Assembly (NCBI GenBank): GCA_964565725.1
Contig: CAZMGA010000005.1
Coordinates: 5,347 to 37,346, forward strand
DNA: 32,000 nucleotides
DNA from: an uncultured archaeon
Lineage (GTDB): Archaea; Iainarchaeota; Iainarchaeia; Iainarchaeales; 0-14-0-20-30-16
Reading direction: 5' to 3'
In this document: positions 7,481 through 16,248 of the stretch, in pieces
How positions within the stretch are numbered: position 1 is the first letter of the stretch
How the letters are laid out: the number at the start of each line of letters is the position of its first letter
Translations under genes and position numbers: made by a program
Notes under the pieces: generated by a model
Seen by the model: only the letters and a program-made list of their open reading frames with translations
Databases searched by the model: none
Told to the model about the DNA's origin: nothing

Positions 7481-8506
7481 CTAATCTATAATTTTAAAAT
7501 CTATTACAATTTGAATAATATCTGGAGAATAATCTCTAACCTTTCTTTTAAAAATAACTTTAATTTTTTTATTTTTCTTTTTTGCAAATTCTTTTAATTC
7601 TTTTAAAATCTCTTTGTAAGGATTAATATTATCTACGAATTTATATAATGTAATTATACCTGTGTTTTTTTTAATTGCTTTATATGCTGCTTCTAAAAAC
7701 AAATCAGATGTTTTTGGTAAAGGCATGATAATATAATCACATTTATTTTCTATTTTTTTTGCATAATTATAAACATCTGCACATATTGGTTTTACATTAT
7801 TAATTTTATTTAATATAATATTTTCTAAAGCCATTTTATGTGCTTCTTTATTTAATTCTATACTATAAACTTTACAATTAGGGTGTTTTTTACCAATTAC
7901 TATTGAAAAAGGTCCAACTCCTGAAAAAAATACTCCTACTGTTTTGTTATCTTTAATAAATTCTGAAACTCTTGTTCTTTCAAAAGACAATCTAGTTGAA
8001 AAAAACATTTTCCCTAATTCTACTTTAAATTTACAATTATTTTCATTAATTATTGTTGTAAAAGATTTTTTACCTGCTAAATATTTTACTTTTTCTACTC
8101 TATATTCTCCTTCAAAAGGGCTTATTTTTTTAACTATTGTTTTTAATGAAGGATTTATTTCTAATAATCTTTTTGCAATTTCTCTTTCCTTTTCTTCCAT
8201 CTCTTTAGTTATTTTAATTATTGCTATATCTCCTAATGTGTCATAGCTAGAAATATAATCTTTTATTTTAAATTCATTTACTAAAATATCTTTAAAAGAT
8301 TTTGTAGTAATATATTTTTCTGATTTTTTATTTACTATTTTATATTTTTTTAATATTTTTATTTTAGGATTTAAAGTAGTTATGGGGAAGTAAACATAAT
8401 TTTTATCATTTTGGGCTTTTATTCCTTTATTATAAATATTATGCTCTATTAATATTTTTTTAATATTCTCTGCTTCGTTTTTGTTTGTTTGTATAAAATA
8501 AGTCAT
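7481..8506 (-). CDS. trm5: tRNA (guanine37-N1)-methyltransferase, Trm5/Tyw2 (Met-10+) family
   Basis: KFKVELGKMFFSTRLSFERTRV is the characteristic Met-10+ block, followed by a class I MTase core (VGVFFSGVGPFSIVIG, IELN, IIMPLP). Confidence 0.75.
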   Translation of the reverse strand: MTYFIQTNKNEAENIKKILIEHNIYNKGIKAQNDKNYVYFPITTLNPKIKILKKYKIVNKKSEKYITTKSFKDILVNEFKIKDYISSYDTLGDIAIIKITKEMEEKEREIAKRLLEINPSLKTIVKKISPFEGEYRVEKVKYLAGKKSFTTIINENNCKFKVELGKMFFSTRLSFERTRVSEFIKDNKTVGVFFSGVGPFSIVIGKKHPNCKVYSIELNKEAHKMALENIILNKINNVKPICADVYNYAKKIENKCDYIIMPLPKTSDLFLEAAYKAIKKNTGIITLYKFVDNINPYKEILKELKEFAKKKNKKIKVIFKRKVRDYSPDIIQIVIDFKIID

Positions 8507-8555
8507 AGAATAATATTATTCTATTTATTAATAAATCTTTCTTTTATATTATATT

Positions 8556-9401
8556 ATGACTTTTAATATATCTGAATTTATTTATTTTTATTTTGGTAGA
8601 ACTATTGCAGAGGATTTAGGGTATAATTTAGTAAATACTTCAGTTTATGCTATTTTTGCATTATTAATATTTTTTTTTATATTAAAACCCTTTGTTTCTA
8701 AGTATTATGGTAAATTAGACAATAAATTTGTATTATTTTCTGTTTTAATAATAATTTTTGGTTCTATGTTAAGAGTTTCTGAAGAGTTTTATTCTAATAT
8801 TCATTGGATTACTCGTTCTATTAATCCTTTAGATTTAGGTTTTTGGTTTATTACACCTGGTATTTATTTAATGATTTTATTTATTGCATTGTATATTATA
8901 TTAATAAGCTGGTACTTAGAGAAAAAACTAAATATAAATCAAAAGAAATCAATAATAATTGTTCCTTTAATATTAAATCTAATTGTTTTTTTAATAGAAT
9001 TATTTTATATGACTCATTTTTTTAGATTTATTTTGACAATTTTATTAATATTTCTTGTTTTTTTTATTATTTATTTTATTTGTTTTAAATTTAAAATTAA
9101 ATTAATAATTTATGAGCGATTTGCAATATTGGCTCAAATAATTGATGGTTTTGCTACATATTCTGCTTTAAAAATGCCTTATTTTATGGAACAACATGTA
9201 TTTAGTAATTTTTTAATGCAAAAATTTGGTTTGATTTCTTTTCCTATATTTAAGATCTTTTTAGTTTTGTTAATAATTTTTGTTTTAAGAAAAAGTAATT
9301 TAAATCAAAATGTAAAAAATTATATTTTATTATTTATAATTTTATTTGGTTTTGCAACAGGTGTTAGGAATTTATTTAGTATTGCTTTGGTGATGATGTG
9401 A
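8556..9401 (+). CDS. Polytopic integral membrane protein, unknown function
   Basis: About 7-8 hydrophobic segments across 281 aa. The conserved-looking polar patch AQIIDGFATYSAL might be DUF63-like, but I cannot verify that. Confidence 0.55.
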   Translation: MTFNISEFIYFYFGRTIAEDLGYNLVNTSVYAIFALLIFFFILKPFVSKYYGKLDNKFVLFSVLIIIFGSMLRVSEEFYSNIHWITRSINPLDLGFWFITPGIYLMILFIALYIILISWYLEKKLNINQKKSIIIVPLILNLIVFLIELFYMTHFFRFILTILLIFLVFFIIYFICFKFKIKLIIYERFAILAQIIDGFATYSALKMPYFMEQHVFSNFLMQKFGLISFPIFKIFLVLLIIFVLRKSNLNQNVKNYILLFIILFGFATGVRNLFSIALVMM

Positions 9402-10519
9402 TATCTTCAAAAGATGAAATAAATAAAAAGAAAAAATATTTTTATGAAAATGTATTATATAAAATAAAAGAAAAACAAATTTCTAGTAATACTATTTTTA
9501 ATTCTACAGATAATGTTTTTGTTACTTTTGGTGACAATAACTTAAAAGTAGGACCTGTTTTTTCAAGTTTTGATGCGTCTAAAAGTTATGGTTTAAATTA
9601 TAAAGATATTGTTGAAAAATTAGCACTAGGTATTAATACTTATAATTTTACTACCGTTAAACCAAATTATAGAGATATAGATAAATTGCAAGAAATATCT
9701 TTAACAAAAAAACCTATAGATTTAGAAGTATCTTTGGAAAAAAAATTAAATTTTAATTTTGATATTGATAAAATAACTAATCCTATTGGTTTTAAAGGTA
9801 AATTAAAATCTATAGATATTTTAGAAAATCCTAAAATTCCTTGGCAAGTATCACAAGTTTTAGATGAAAAACTAAAAGCTGTAGAGGAAATAAAAATATT
9901 GCAAGATTATGGTTTTGATAATTATTATTTAACAAAAATAATGTCTACGGCTAATTTAGGTTTAGATAAACGTTTAGTTACAACAAGACAAAGTATTACT
10001 GCAATAGATGATATTTTAACAAAATCTTTATTAGATAAAATTAAAGATTATGAATCAATAAATGGATATTATTTATTTGAGAATTCTTTTTTACATAATA
10101 AGTTTTATATCATTTTGTTAGAAGGAAATTGGGAATATGAAGCTTTTGAAATTTGGCCTAAAGGTTCAGAATGGAATACTACTGATTATAATTATGAGTA
10201 TGAAAATTTTAATGGTAGAACTAGTTATGCTAAATTACAAGGTGGGGGCTACTATGCTGCACGTTTGGGTGTTGCAGAATATTTAGAAAAAATTAAAAAA
10301 CAAGCAAGAGTTTTAGTTATTCGAGAAATTGATTCTGAATATTTTATTCCTGTGGGTGTATGGCAAGTTAGAGAAAATGTACGAAATGCATTTTTAAAAT
10401 ATACTCTTTTTAATAGTAAACAAGAAATACAAAACTATTTGCAAAATAAAATTAAAAATAAAACTATATTAAAAGAATCAAAAATGTTTAAACAATCAAG
10501 ATTAAACGATTTTTTTTAA
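9398..10519 (+). CDS. nreA: Nre-family (DUF650/DUF651-like) putative DNA-repair protein with C-terminal PCNA-interacting (PIP) box
   Basis: The C-terminal block GGGYYAARLGVAEYL...VLVIREIDSEYFIPVGVWQVRENVRNA matches my recollection of the Nre_C signature. The last residues, QSRLNDFF, are a canonical PIP box (QxxLxxFF). GTG start preceded by GGTGAT plus 3 nt, with a 4-nt overlap onto the upstream gene. Confidence 0.55.
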   Translation: MISSKDEINKKKKYFYENVLYKIKEKQISSNTIFNSTDNVFVTFGDNNLKVGPVFSSFDASKSYGLNYKDIVEKLALGINTYNFTTVKPNYRDIDKLQEISLTKKPIDLEVSLEKKLNFNFDIDKITNPIGFKGKLKSIDILENPKIPWQVSQVLDEKLKAVEEIKILQDYGFDNYYLTKIMSTANLGLDKRLVTTRQSITAIDDILTKSLLDKIKDYESINGYYLFENSFLHNKFYIILLEGNWEYEAFEIWPKGSEWNTTDYNYEYENFNGRTSYAKLQGGGYYAARLGVAEYLEKIKKQARVLVIREIDSEYFIPVGVWQVRENVRNAFLKYTLFNSKQEIQNYLQNKIKNKTILKESKMFKQSRLNDFF

Positions 10520-10584
10520 AAAATTTGAGTAATATTTATAAATTATATGTGATATACTTAATATAACTTTTTGGGGGTTCTTTT

Positions 10585-11157
10585 ATGAGCATAAGTGCTT
10601 TAAAATTATTAGGATTAGATAAAAAATCTAAAAATACAAAAAAAGTAAAATCTACAAAACCTGTAAAATCAAAGAAAGTTGTTAAATCTGTTAAACCAAC
10701 AAAATCTGTAAAAGCTTTAAAATCAAAAAAGGTTGTTAAATCTGTAAAGCCTACAAAACCTGTAAAATCAGTAAAATCAAAAAAGGTTGTTAAAGTTGTT
10801 AAACCTGTAAAACCTACAAAACCTATAAAATCAGTAAAATCAAAGAAAGTTGTTAAGGTTGTTAAACCTGTAAAACCTACAAAACCTATAAAATCAGTAA
10901 AATCAAAGAAAGTTGTTAAGGTTGTTAAACCTGTAAAACCTACAAAACCTATAAAATCAGTAAAATCAGATAAAAAAGTAAAGAATGAATCAAAAAAAGA
11001 AGTAAAAGAAATTAAAAGAGATGATAATGAATATTTAAAATTATTAGAAAAAAAGAAGAAAAAAATAAAATCAGATTTTGAAAAATTTTCTCAATCTAAA
11101 GAAGATCTAGAAGAATATGATGATTATGATTTATTAGATGATATAGAAGAATATTAA
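10585..11157 (+). CDS. Lys-rich tandem-repeat protein (histone H1 tail-like KPxK/KSVK repeats) with acidic C-terminal tail
   Basis: The first 130 aa or so are almost entirely K, V, P, S and T in 21-aa periods (VVKPVKPTKPIKSVKSKKVVK). A charged helix-like segment follows, then EDLEEYDDYDLLDDIEEY. GGGGGT SD-like element upstream. Confidence 0.7.
   Translation: MSISALKLLGLDKKSKNTKKVKSTKPVKSKKVVKSVKPTKSVKALKSKKVVKSVKPTKPVKSVKSKKVVKVVKPVKPTKPIKSVKSKKVVKVVKPVKPTKPIKSVKSKKVVKVVKPVKPTKPIKSVKSDKKVKNESKKEVKEIKRDDNEYLKLLEKKKKKIKSDFEKFSQSKEDLEEYDDYDLLDDIEEY
10732..10968 (+). repeat. In-frame 63-bp tandem repeat array (about 3.75 copies; two full copies identical)
   Basis: Units at 10795-10857 and 10858-10920 are identical base for base. 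10921-10968 continues identically. 10732-10794 is a diverged copy, and more degenerate periods extend back to about 10645. Confidence 0.9.
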
Positions 11158-11912
11158 ATTAATTTTAAACTTTCTTCTTCATCCATAGTTAATTTACCAA
11201 TAACTATTATAGTTGAAGGATAATTATAATTAGTTATTTGGTTACTTATTTCTTTTATTTTATTTATTATTATTTTTTCATTTTTTGAACAAGCTCCACT
11301 AACTATAATAACTTGCCAATCGTCTATATTTATATTTTTATATTTAGATATTTCTAATAATCTTTTTGTTGCTTCGTATGGTTGCATGTAATATTCTTGT
11401 TTTTCATCAATTTTTATATCTAATAAACAAATTGTATGTAATCCTAATTTTTTATTATCTAAAATATAATCAAAGAAACTATCTGGAGAGTAATTTTCTA
11501 ATGGCTTAACTATTGAAATAGTTCTACCAAATCTATATTCTTCTAAACCTGTAAGCATAGGTATAACTGAAAATATACTAATTCCTGCAATTAGTTTATA
11601 TTTTATATTTTGTTTTTTTAATTCATTTATTATTGTACTATGTGTGGTTGCACTAGTAATATTTCCATAAACACAAAAAGAAATATTTTGTTTTTTTGAT
11701 TCTTCAATAATATTTTGAAAACTTAGTTCTGTATTTTCTCTATATAAAGGTATAAATTTTATGTTATATTCAAATTCTAAATCTTTTAAATTATTTTCAG
11801 AATATTTGCTAGTATAGTTTTCAACATATATTTTTTTTGATTCTTTTAATGCTTTCAAAGCTTCTATACTAATTTGATTTTTATTTAAACCTAAACCAAC
11901 TATATACAACAT
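11154..11912 (-). CDS. dph5: Diphthine synthase (Dph5), tetrapyrrole-methylase fold
   Basis: The N-terminus MLYIVGLGL...ISIEALKALKESKKIYVENYTS and the about 250 aa length match archaeal/eukaryotic Dph5. This is an archaeal/eukaryal marker. Confidence 0.8.
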   Translation of the reverse strand: MLYIVGLGLNKNQISIEALKALKESKKIYVENYTSKYSENNLKDLEFEYNIKFIPLYRENTELSFQNIIEESKKQNISFCVYGNITSATTHSTIINELKKQNIKYKLIAGISIFSVIPMLTGLEEYRFGRTISIVKPLENYSPDSFFDYILDNKKLGLHTICLLDIKIDEKQEYYMQPYEATKRLLEISKYKNINIDDWQVIIVSGACSKNEKIIINKIKEISNQITNYNYPSTIIVIGKLTMDEEESLKLI

Positions 11913-11919
11913 AATATCA

Positions 11920-12576
11920 CTATTTCCATATAAATATTAGTTTGCTATCTATTAATAAAATAGTATCTAAAGGTAATAATCCAAAAATATATGGATTATC
12001 TATATCTATTTCATTATTATTTAAGTTAATTTTAATTACTTTATTTTTCCCTATAATTATTATATTATTACTTTCTAATTTTATTTTTTTTAATTCGTTT
12101 ATGCCTTCTTTTAAAATATTGAAATATAATCTATTATTTTTAATATATAAATATTCATCTCTTATTTTTGCTGTTTGGGAAATATCAAAATCTTCTGGCA
12201 ATATAACTTTATTTTTGATATTTTCAATTTTATGATTTAATTCTTTAAAGTTTAATCTATATTTTTGTTTATTTATATTATATATTAAATTATTCCATGC
12301 CTTTTTTCTATCTATTCTACCAATTTTACTATTTTTTTTAAAATATTCTGAATAATCATTATTTAAATTAACTTTATCTATATCTTCATGCATTCTTAAA
12401 TCTTCATATAATTCTTTAACAAAATTTTTGGGATTATCTTTATTTTTTATAATTTCTGGTCTTATTTTTAATATTTCTTTTATTTTTGTATCTACTTTTA
12501 TAGCTCTAATTTTATCTTTAATATATAAATCTTGTAGTTCTTGATATATAATTGATAATTTCTGTTCTAATTCCAT
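11920..12576 (-). CDS. Hypothetical protein
   Basis: Long ORF in a compact co-directional context, 7 nt upstream of dph5. No motif recognised. Confidence 0.45.
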   Translation of the reverse strand: MELEQKLSIIYQELQDLYIKDKIRAIKVDTKIKEILKIRPEIIKNKDNPKNFVKELYEDLRMHEDIDKVNLNNDYSEYFKKNSKIGRIDRKKAWNNLIYNINKQKYRLNFKELNHKIENIKNKVILPEDFDISQTAKIRDEYLYIKNNRLYFNILKEGINELKKIKLESNNIIIIGKNKVIKINLNNNEIDIDNPYIFGLLPLDTILLIDSKLIFIWK

Positions 12577-12627
12577 AAATAATAAACTTAAGAATAGTTT
12601 ATAATTCTTTTTAATTATAATATAATT

Positions 12628-13059
12628 ATGCCACTAGAAAAGCCAAAACAATTAGAATTATTTCCTAGATTAAAAAAATTTAGACCTGGAAGGTTATCTT
12701 ATAAACATCATAGTTTTAATGGTGTTCAGACTTATAAGGTTGGTAATAAAGGGGTAATTTTTGCAGAAGCACACGTTTTGCAACAAAATGGAAAGCCATT
12801 ATTGTATGATATTAGAATAATGCCTGGATTTGATTTATTAAAAAGAAATGGAATTGCAAAAAGATTATTAAATAGAGTAATTGAAAGTCTTAAACAACAA
12901 GGATATAATGATTTAACATTATATGTTGATAAGGGAGAGGGTATTTTTGGAGATAATGATTTTAGAAAAGAATTATATTTATTAAGGTATTACTCAAGAT
13001 TTGGTTTTAAAGTTATAGGTAAAAATAGAGGTTATTTTAAAATGCGTTTAGATTTTTAA
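12628..13059 (+). CDS. GNAT-family N-acetyltransferase-like protein
   Basis: RNGIAKRLLNRVIESLKQQGY resembles GNAT motif A (R/Q-x-x-G-x-A/G plus helix). FYSRFGFK-like YYSRFGFKV sits at the C-terminus. Confidence 0.5.
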   Translation: MPLEKPKQLELFPRLKKFRPGRLSYKHHSFNGVQTYKVGNKGVIFAEAHVLQQNGKPLLYDIRIMPGFDLLKRNGIAKRLLNRVIESLKQQGYNDLTLYVDKGEGIFGDNDFRKELYLLRYYSRFGFKVIGKNRGYFKMRLDF

Positions 13060-14471
13060 TTATAATTTTCAAATTTTAATGATCTTATTTCATATAATAA
13101 TGAGTTATATTGGTTTACCAATGAGTTATATTCTTTAATTTCAGAATTGTTTGCGAATTCTTTTGTTTTTAATTCATCTATAACAGATTTTAGATTATTT
13201 AAAATTATGGTTTTTTCATTTATTTGATTTAGTGTATTTTGACCATATTTTGATTCTATATATTTTTTTCCATCTGATATTGGTATTACATTTATAGGTT
13301 CAAAATTGATATCATTTATTACATTTTTGTTTGTAGTTTCAATATAACAAACTTTATCTGAATTTATATAATAATCTGAATTATTACAACTAACAGCTAC
13401 TACTGCATGATCTATTAAATTATCTTCAAAGATTGTTTTCCCTACTACTATATAGTTAGAATATCCAAATTCTTTTAATATTCCTGATAAAATAACCGAT
13501 TTGTCTAAGCACAATCCTTTCATAGACCATAAAGTTTCATAAGGATAAGTATTTTTATTATCCCAATTATAATTATAAGGTATTTCTTGTACAAATCTAA
13601 CTGCAATTTCTAATATTTCTGAATCATTAAAATTATAATCTTTTAATGAATTAAAATCATTTGCTATTTTTTTTAAAATTAAATTATTATATTCGTCCAT
13701 GAAATATCTTCTTGCTGATTCATTTTCTTTATAAGTATAACAATATTGATTTTTTAGTTTTATAGAATAATTTACTAAATCTTCATGTAATTCCAAATTA
13801 TATACAAAATGATATTTGTCATAATTAAAATAAAAAGTAGAATGTCGTTTATTATTATAATCAATAGTTAAATTATCTTTGTTTAAAGTACATTTATCTA
13901 AAGTTTCTGGGTTAATATTTATAACATTTAAATTATAATCTTTTTCTTGTTCTAATGTTTCTAATTCTTTTAATTCTAATGGTTTTAATTCATATATTTT
14001 TATTTGACTATTAATATTAGAATATAATTTGTCTAAATTAATTTTTTCTAAATTATTACTATTTCTAGGATTATCTATATTACAATCTATTTGTAATAAA
14101 TTATTATTTTTACATTTATAAATTAATTCTGGATTTTTTAAATCTTCACAATTTTCTTTATATTTTAAAACAATATAATTACAAAAATCTTTTTCAATTC
14201 CATTTAAATCTTCACAAGATTTAAATATATCATCGTGTTTTGATATTGATTCACAATAATAGCAATCTTTTTTATTTGTATAATTTGAACAGTTTCGTGA
14301 AAAATTAATATCTTGTATTATTATAATTTCATTATTATCATTTATATCTGTTATTTCTGTTTCATTAGAAATTGAATAATTTAAATCTATTTGTTTGAAT
14401 TGTTCTATAAAATATACACCTATACTTGAAAATAATATTAACAAAACAAATAAAATAATTATTTTTTTCAT
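13056..14471 (-). CDS. Membrane-anchored Cys-rich protein with C-terminal transglutaminase-like (papain-fold) core
   Basis: N-terminal anchor KKIIILFVLLILFSSIGVYF, then a Cys-rich N-terminal half. The C-terminal block WSMKGLCLDKSVILSGILKEFGYSNYIVVG...IDHAVVAV...CYIETT fits the Cys-His-Asp/Glu transglutaminase-core pattern. Confidence 0.5.
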   Translation of the reverse strand: MKKIIILFVLLILFSSIGVYFIEQFKQIDLNYSISNETEITDINDNNEIIIIQDINFSRNCSNYTNKKDCYYCESISKHDDIFKSCEDLNGIEKDFCNYIVLKYKENCEDLKNPELIYKCKNNNLLQIDCNIDNPRNSNNLEKINLDKLYSNINSQIKIYELKPLELKELETLEQEKDYNLNVININPETLDKCTLNKDNLTIDYNNKRHSTFYFNYDKYHFVYNLELHEDLVNYSIKLKNQYCYTYKENESARRYFMDEYNNLILKKIANDFNSLKDYNFNDSEILEIAVRFVQEIPYNYNWDNKNTYPYETLWSMKGLCLDKSVILSGILKEFGYSNYIVVGKTIFEDNLIDHAVVAVSCNNSDYYINSDKVCYIETTNKNVINDINFEPINVIPISDGKKYIESKYGQNTLNQINEKTIILNNLKSVIDELKTKEFANNSEIKEYNSLVNQYNSLLYEIRSLKFENYN

Positions 14472-14472
14472 A

Positions 14473-15294
14473 TTATCCCTTATAATAATTTTGCATTAAC
14501 ATTGCATCTTTTTCAATGTTTGGAGATTCTGAGATTATTACTCCTTTTAAATTATAATCTTTAAATGTATTTAATAATGTTTTCCAATTTAAATCTGATT
14601 CTTCTAATGTTAAATGATTTCTTTCTCCCTTATTAGTGTAATTTATACCTGATATGTGAATATGCATATTTTCTAATGCTATTTTTCCCAATTTATTTTC
14701 TATTTTATTTAATATATTCTCAAATTCATTTTTAGTATTATTTTTTCCATTTCTTGCGTGTAAATGTGCAAAATCTATACACGGTAAAACCATTTCTAAA
14801 TCCTCTGATAATTTTACACATTCATCTAAATTGCCTATTTGTGTTTCTTTACCTGTTGTTTCTGGTCTAATCCAAATATTTATGTTTTCATCCTTCATTT
14901 TTTTTATAACTTCTTTTAAATTTGTTTTTACAATATTATATGCTTTTTCATTATCTTGTTTTAAATAATAACCAGGATGAAAAGTAATAGAATATCCATT
15001 TAATAAAGATGTAATTTTAGCTGTATTATATATTCTATCTATTGATGCTTTTTGAATTTTTAAATCTAAAGAAGCTAAATTTACATAATATGGGGAATGT
15101 GCTGTGAATATTAAATCATTTTTTTCAGAAAGTATTTTTTGAATTTCTTCCTTTTCATTTTTAATCCAAATGTTGTGTACAAATTCTAATTCCATTCCAT
15201 CTAATTTTAGTGTTTTTAAATCTTTTATAGCATTAAAAATATTACCTTTTGTTATTGATGGAAAACCAGCTGTTAAAAAATTTAATTTATTCAT
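14473..15294 (-). CDS. nfo: Endonuclease IV (AP endonuclease, TIM-barrel)
   Basis: HSPYYVNLAS, FHPGYY, RPETTGKETQIG, CIDFAHLHA, MHIHISG...ERNHLTL and VIISESPN align motif by motif with E. coli Nfo metal-binding blocks. I place the start at MNKL (ATG 15294), which makes an ATGA overlap with the upstream stop. The track start is 15303. Confidence 0.85.
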   Translation of the reverse strand: MNKLNFLTAGFPSITKGNIFNAIKDLKTLKLDGMELEFVHNIWIKNEKEEIQKILSEKNDLIFTAHSPYYVNLASLDLKIQKASIDRIYNTAKITSLLNGYSITFHPGYYLKQDNEKAYNIVKTNLKEVIKKMKDENINIWIRPETTGKETQIGNLDECVKLSEDLEMVLPCIDFAHLHARNGKNNTKNEFENILNKIENKLGKIALENMHIHISGINYTNKGERNHLTLEESDLNWKTLLNTFKDYNLKGVIISESPNIEKDAMLMQNYYKG

Positions 15295-16220
15295 TCGGAC
15301 CACATTGAATAATATTTGTTAAAATAATTATTATATTCAGTATATATATTATAATCATTTATAATTATTATTGATTCTTCATTTTTTTCATTTCCATTAT
15401 TACTTGGATTCATAGAACCTGTAATTACATAATAATCTATAATACAGAATTTATTGTGCATATATTTTGGGTTTTTGTCCCAAATAACTAATATATTGTT
15501 ATCTTTCAGTTTTTGATATTCGGAATATTGTGAATTTTGTTGTTTTTCTAAAATTATTTTAGTATTTAAATTTTTATCTATGATTTCTTTAGATAACGCA
15601 TCGTAAGTAAAAGAAAAAAACATACATTTTATTTCTTTTTGTGAATTTTTTATTAGGTCTAAATACAAATCTATACAATTGTTTGGGGAAAAACAAATTT
15701 CTTCATTTTTTTCAATAGCTTTAAAATTATTATTCCAGTAATTATTGAATTGTTTTTCTGCTTTTTCAATATGATTTTTATTGTTTGTTATAATTACGTT
15801 ATTGTTCTGATACAAAAATGAATCTGTTGTAAAATTTAAAGAGCCTATCCATAAAATGTTAGAATCAAAAATGCAAAATTTGTTATGCATATAATTATTT
15901 GAAGAATCTGTTTTAATATTTTCTGAAATTAAATTAATTTTTTTTAACTCGTCATCATCCATAATAATATGAATATTTTTATTATTTTTAATAAATTCGA
16001 TAATCCAGGGTTCGTTTATAGCATAAACAGCACATTTAATGTTTTTTGAATTCGTAAAATAATTATATAATTCTAAATTACAATCATTTTCCGGACAAAA
16101 CAATGCTTTATAATAAAAATTATTGTCTTTGTTTTCATTATTTTGATTATTGTATGTTAAAAAGTAGATTGTAAATATAAAAAATAAAAGTATAAAAAAT
16201 AAAATAAATCTCTTTTTCAT
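15291..16220 (-). CDS. Phospholipase D-family protein with two HKD motifs and an N-terminal membrane anchor (Nuc-like nuclease or phospholipid-modifying enzyme)
   Basis: It has two copies of HxKx4D: HNKFCIFDSNILWIGSLNFT and HNKFCIIDYYVITGSMNPS. N-terminal anchor KKRFILFFILLFFIFTIYFL. Confidence 0.8.
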   Translation of the reverse strand: MKKRFILFFILLFFIFTIYFLTYNNQNNENKDNNFYYKALFCPENDCNLELYNYFTNSKNIKCAVYAINEPWIIEFIKNNKNIHIIMDDDELKKINLISENIKTDSSNNYMHNKFCIFDSNILWIGSLNFTTDSFLYQNNNVIITNNKNHIEKAEKQFNNYWNNNFKAIEKNEEICFSPNNCIDLYLDLIKNSQKEIKCMFFSFTYDALSKEIIDKNLNTKIILEKQQNSQYSEYQKLKDNNILVIWDKNPKYMHNKFCIIDYYVITGSMNPSNNGNEKNEESIIIINDYNIYTEYNNYFNKYYSMWSE

Positions 16221-16248
16221 AAATAAAAAAAGAGAAAAAGTTTATATT

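Noticed and set aside
10645-10980. Regular short-period repeats, considered as a possible CRISPR-like or satellite array
   Set aside because: The repeats are contiguous with no spacers, stay in frame within a long ORF with an SD, and encode a coherent Lys-rich protein repeat. This is not a CRISPR array.
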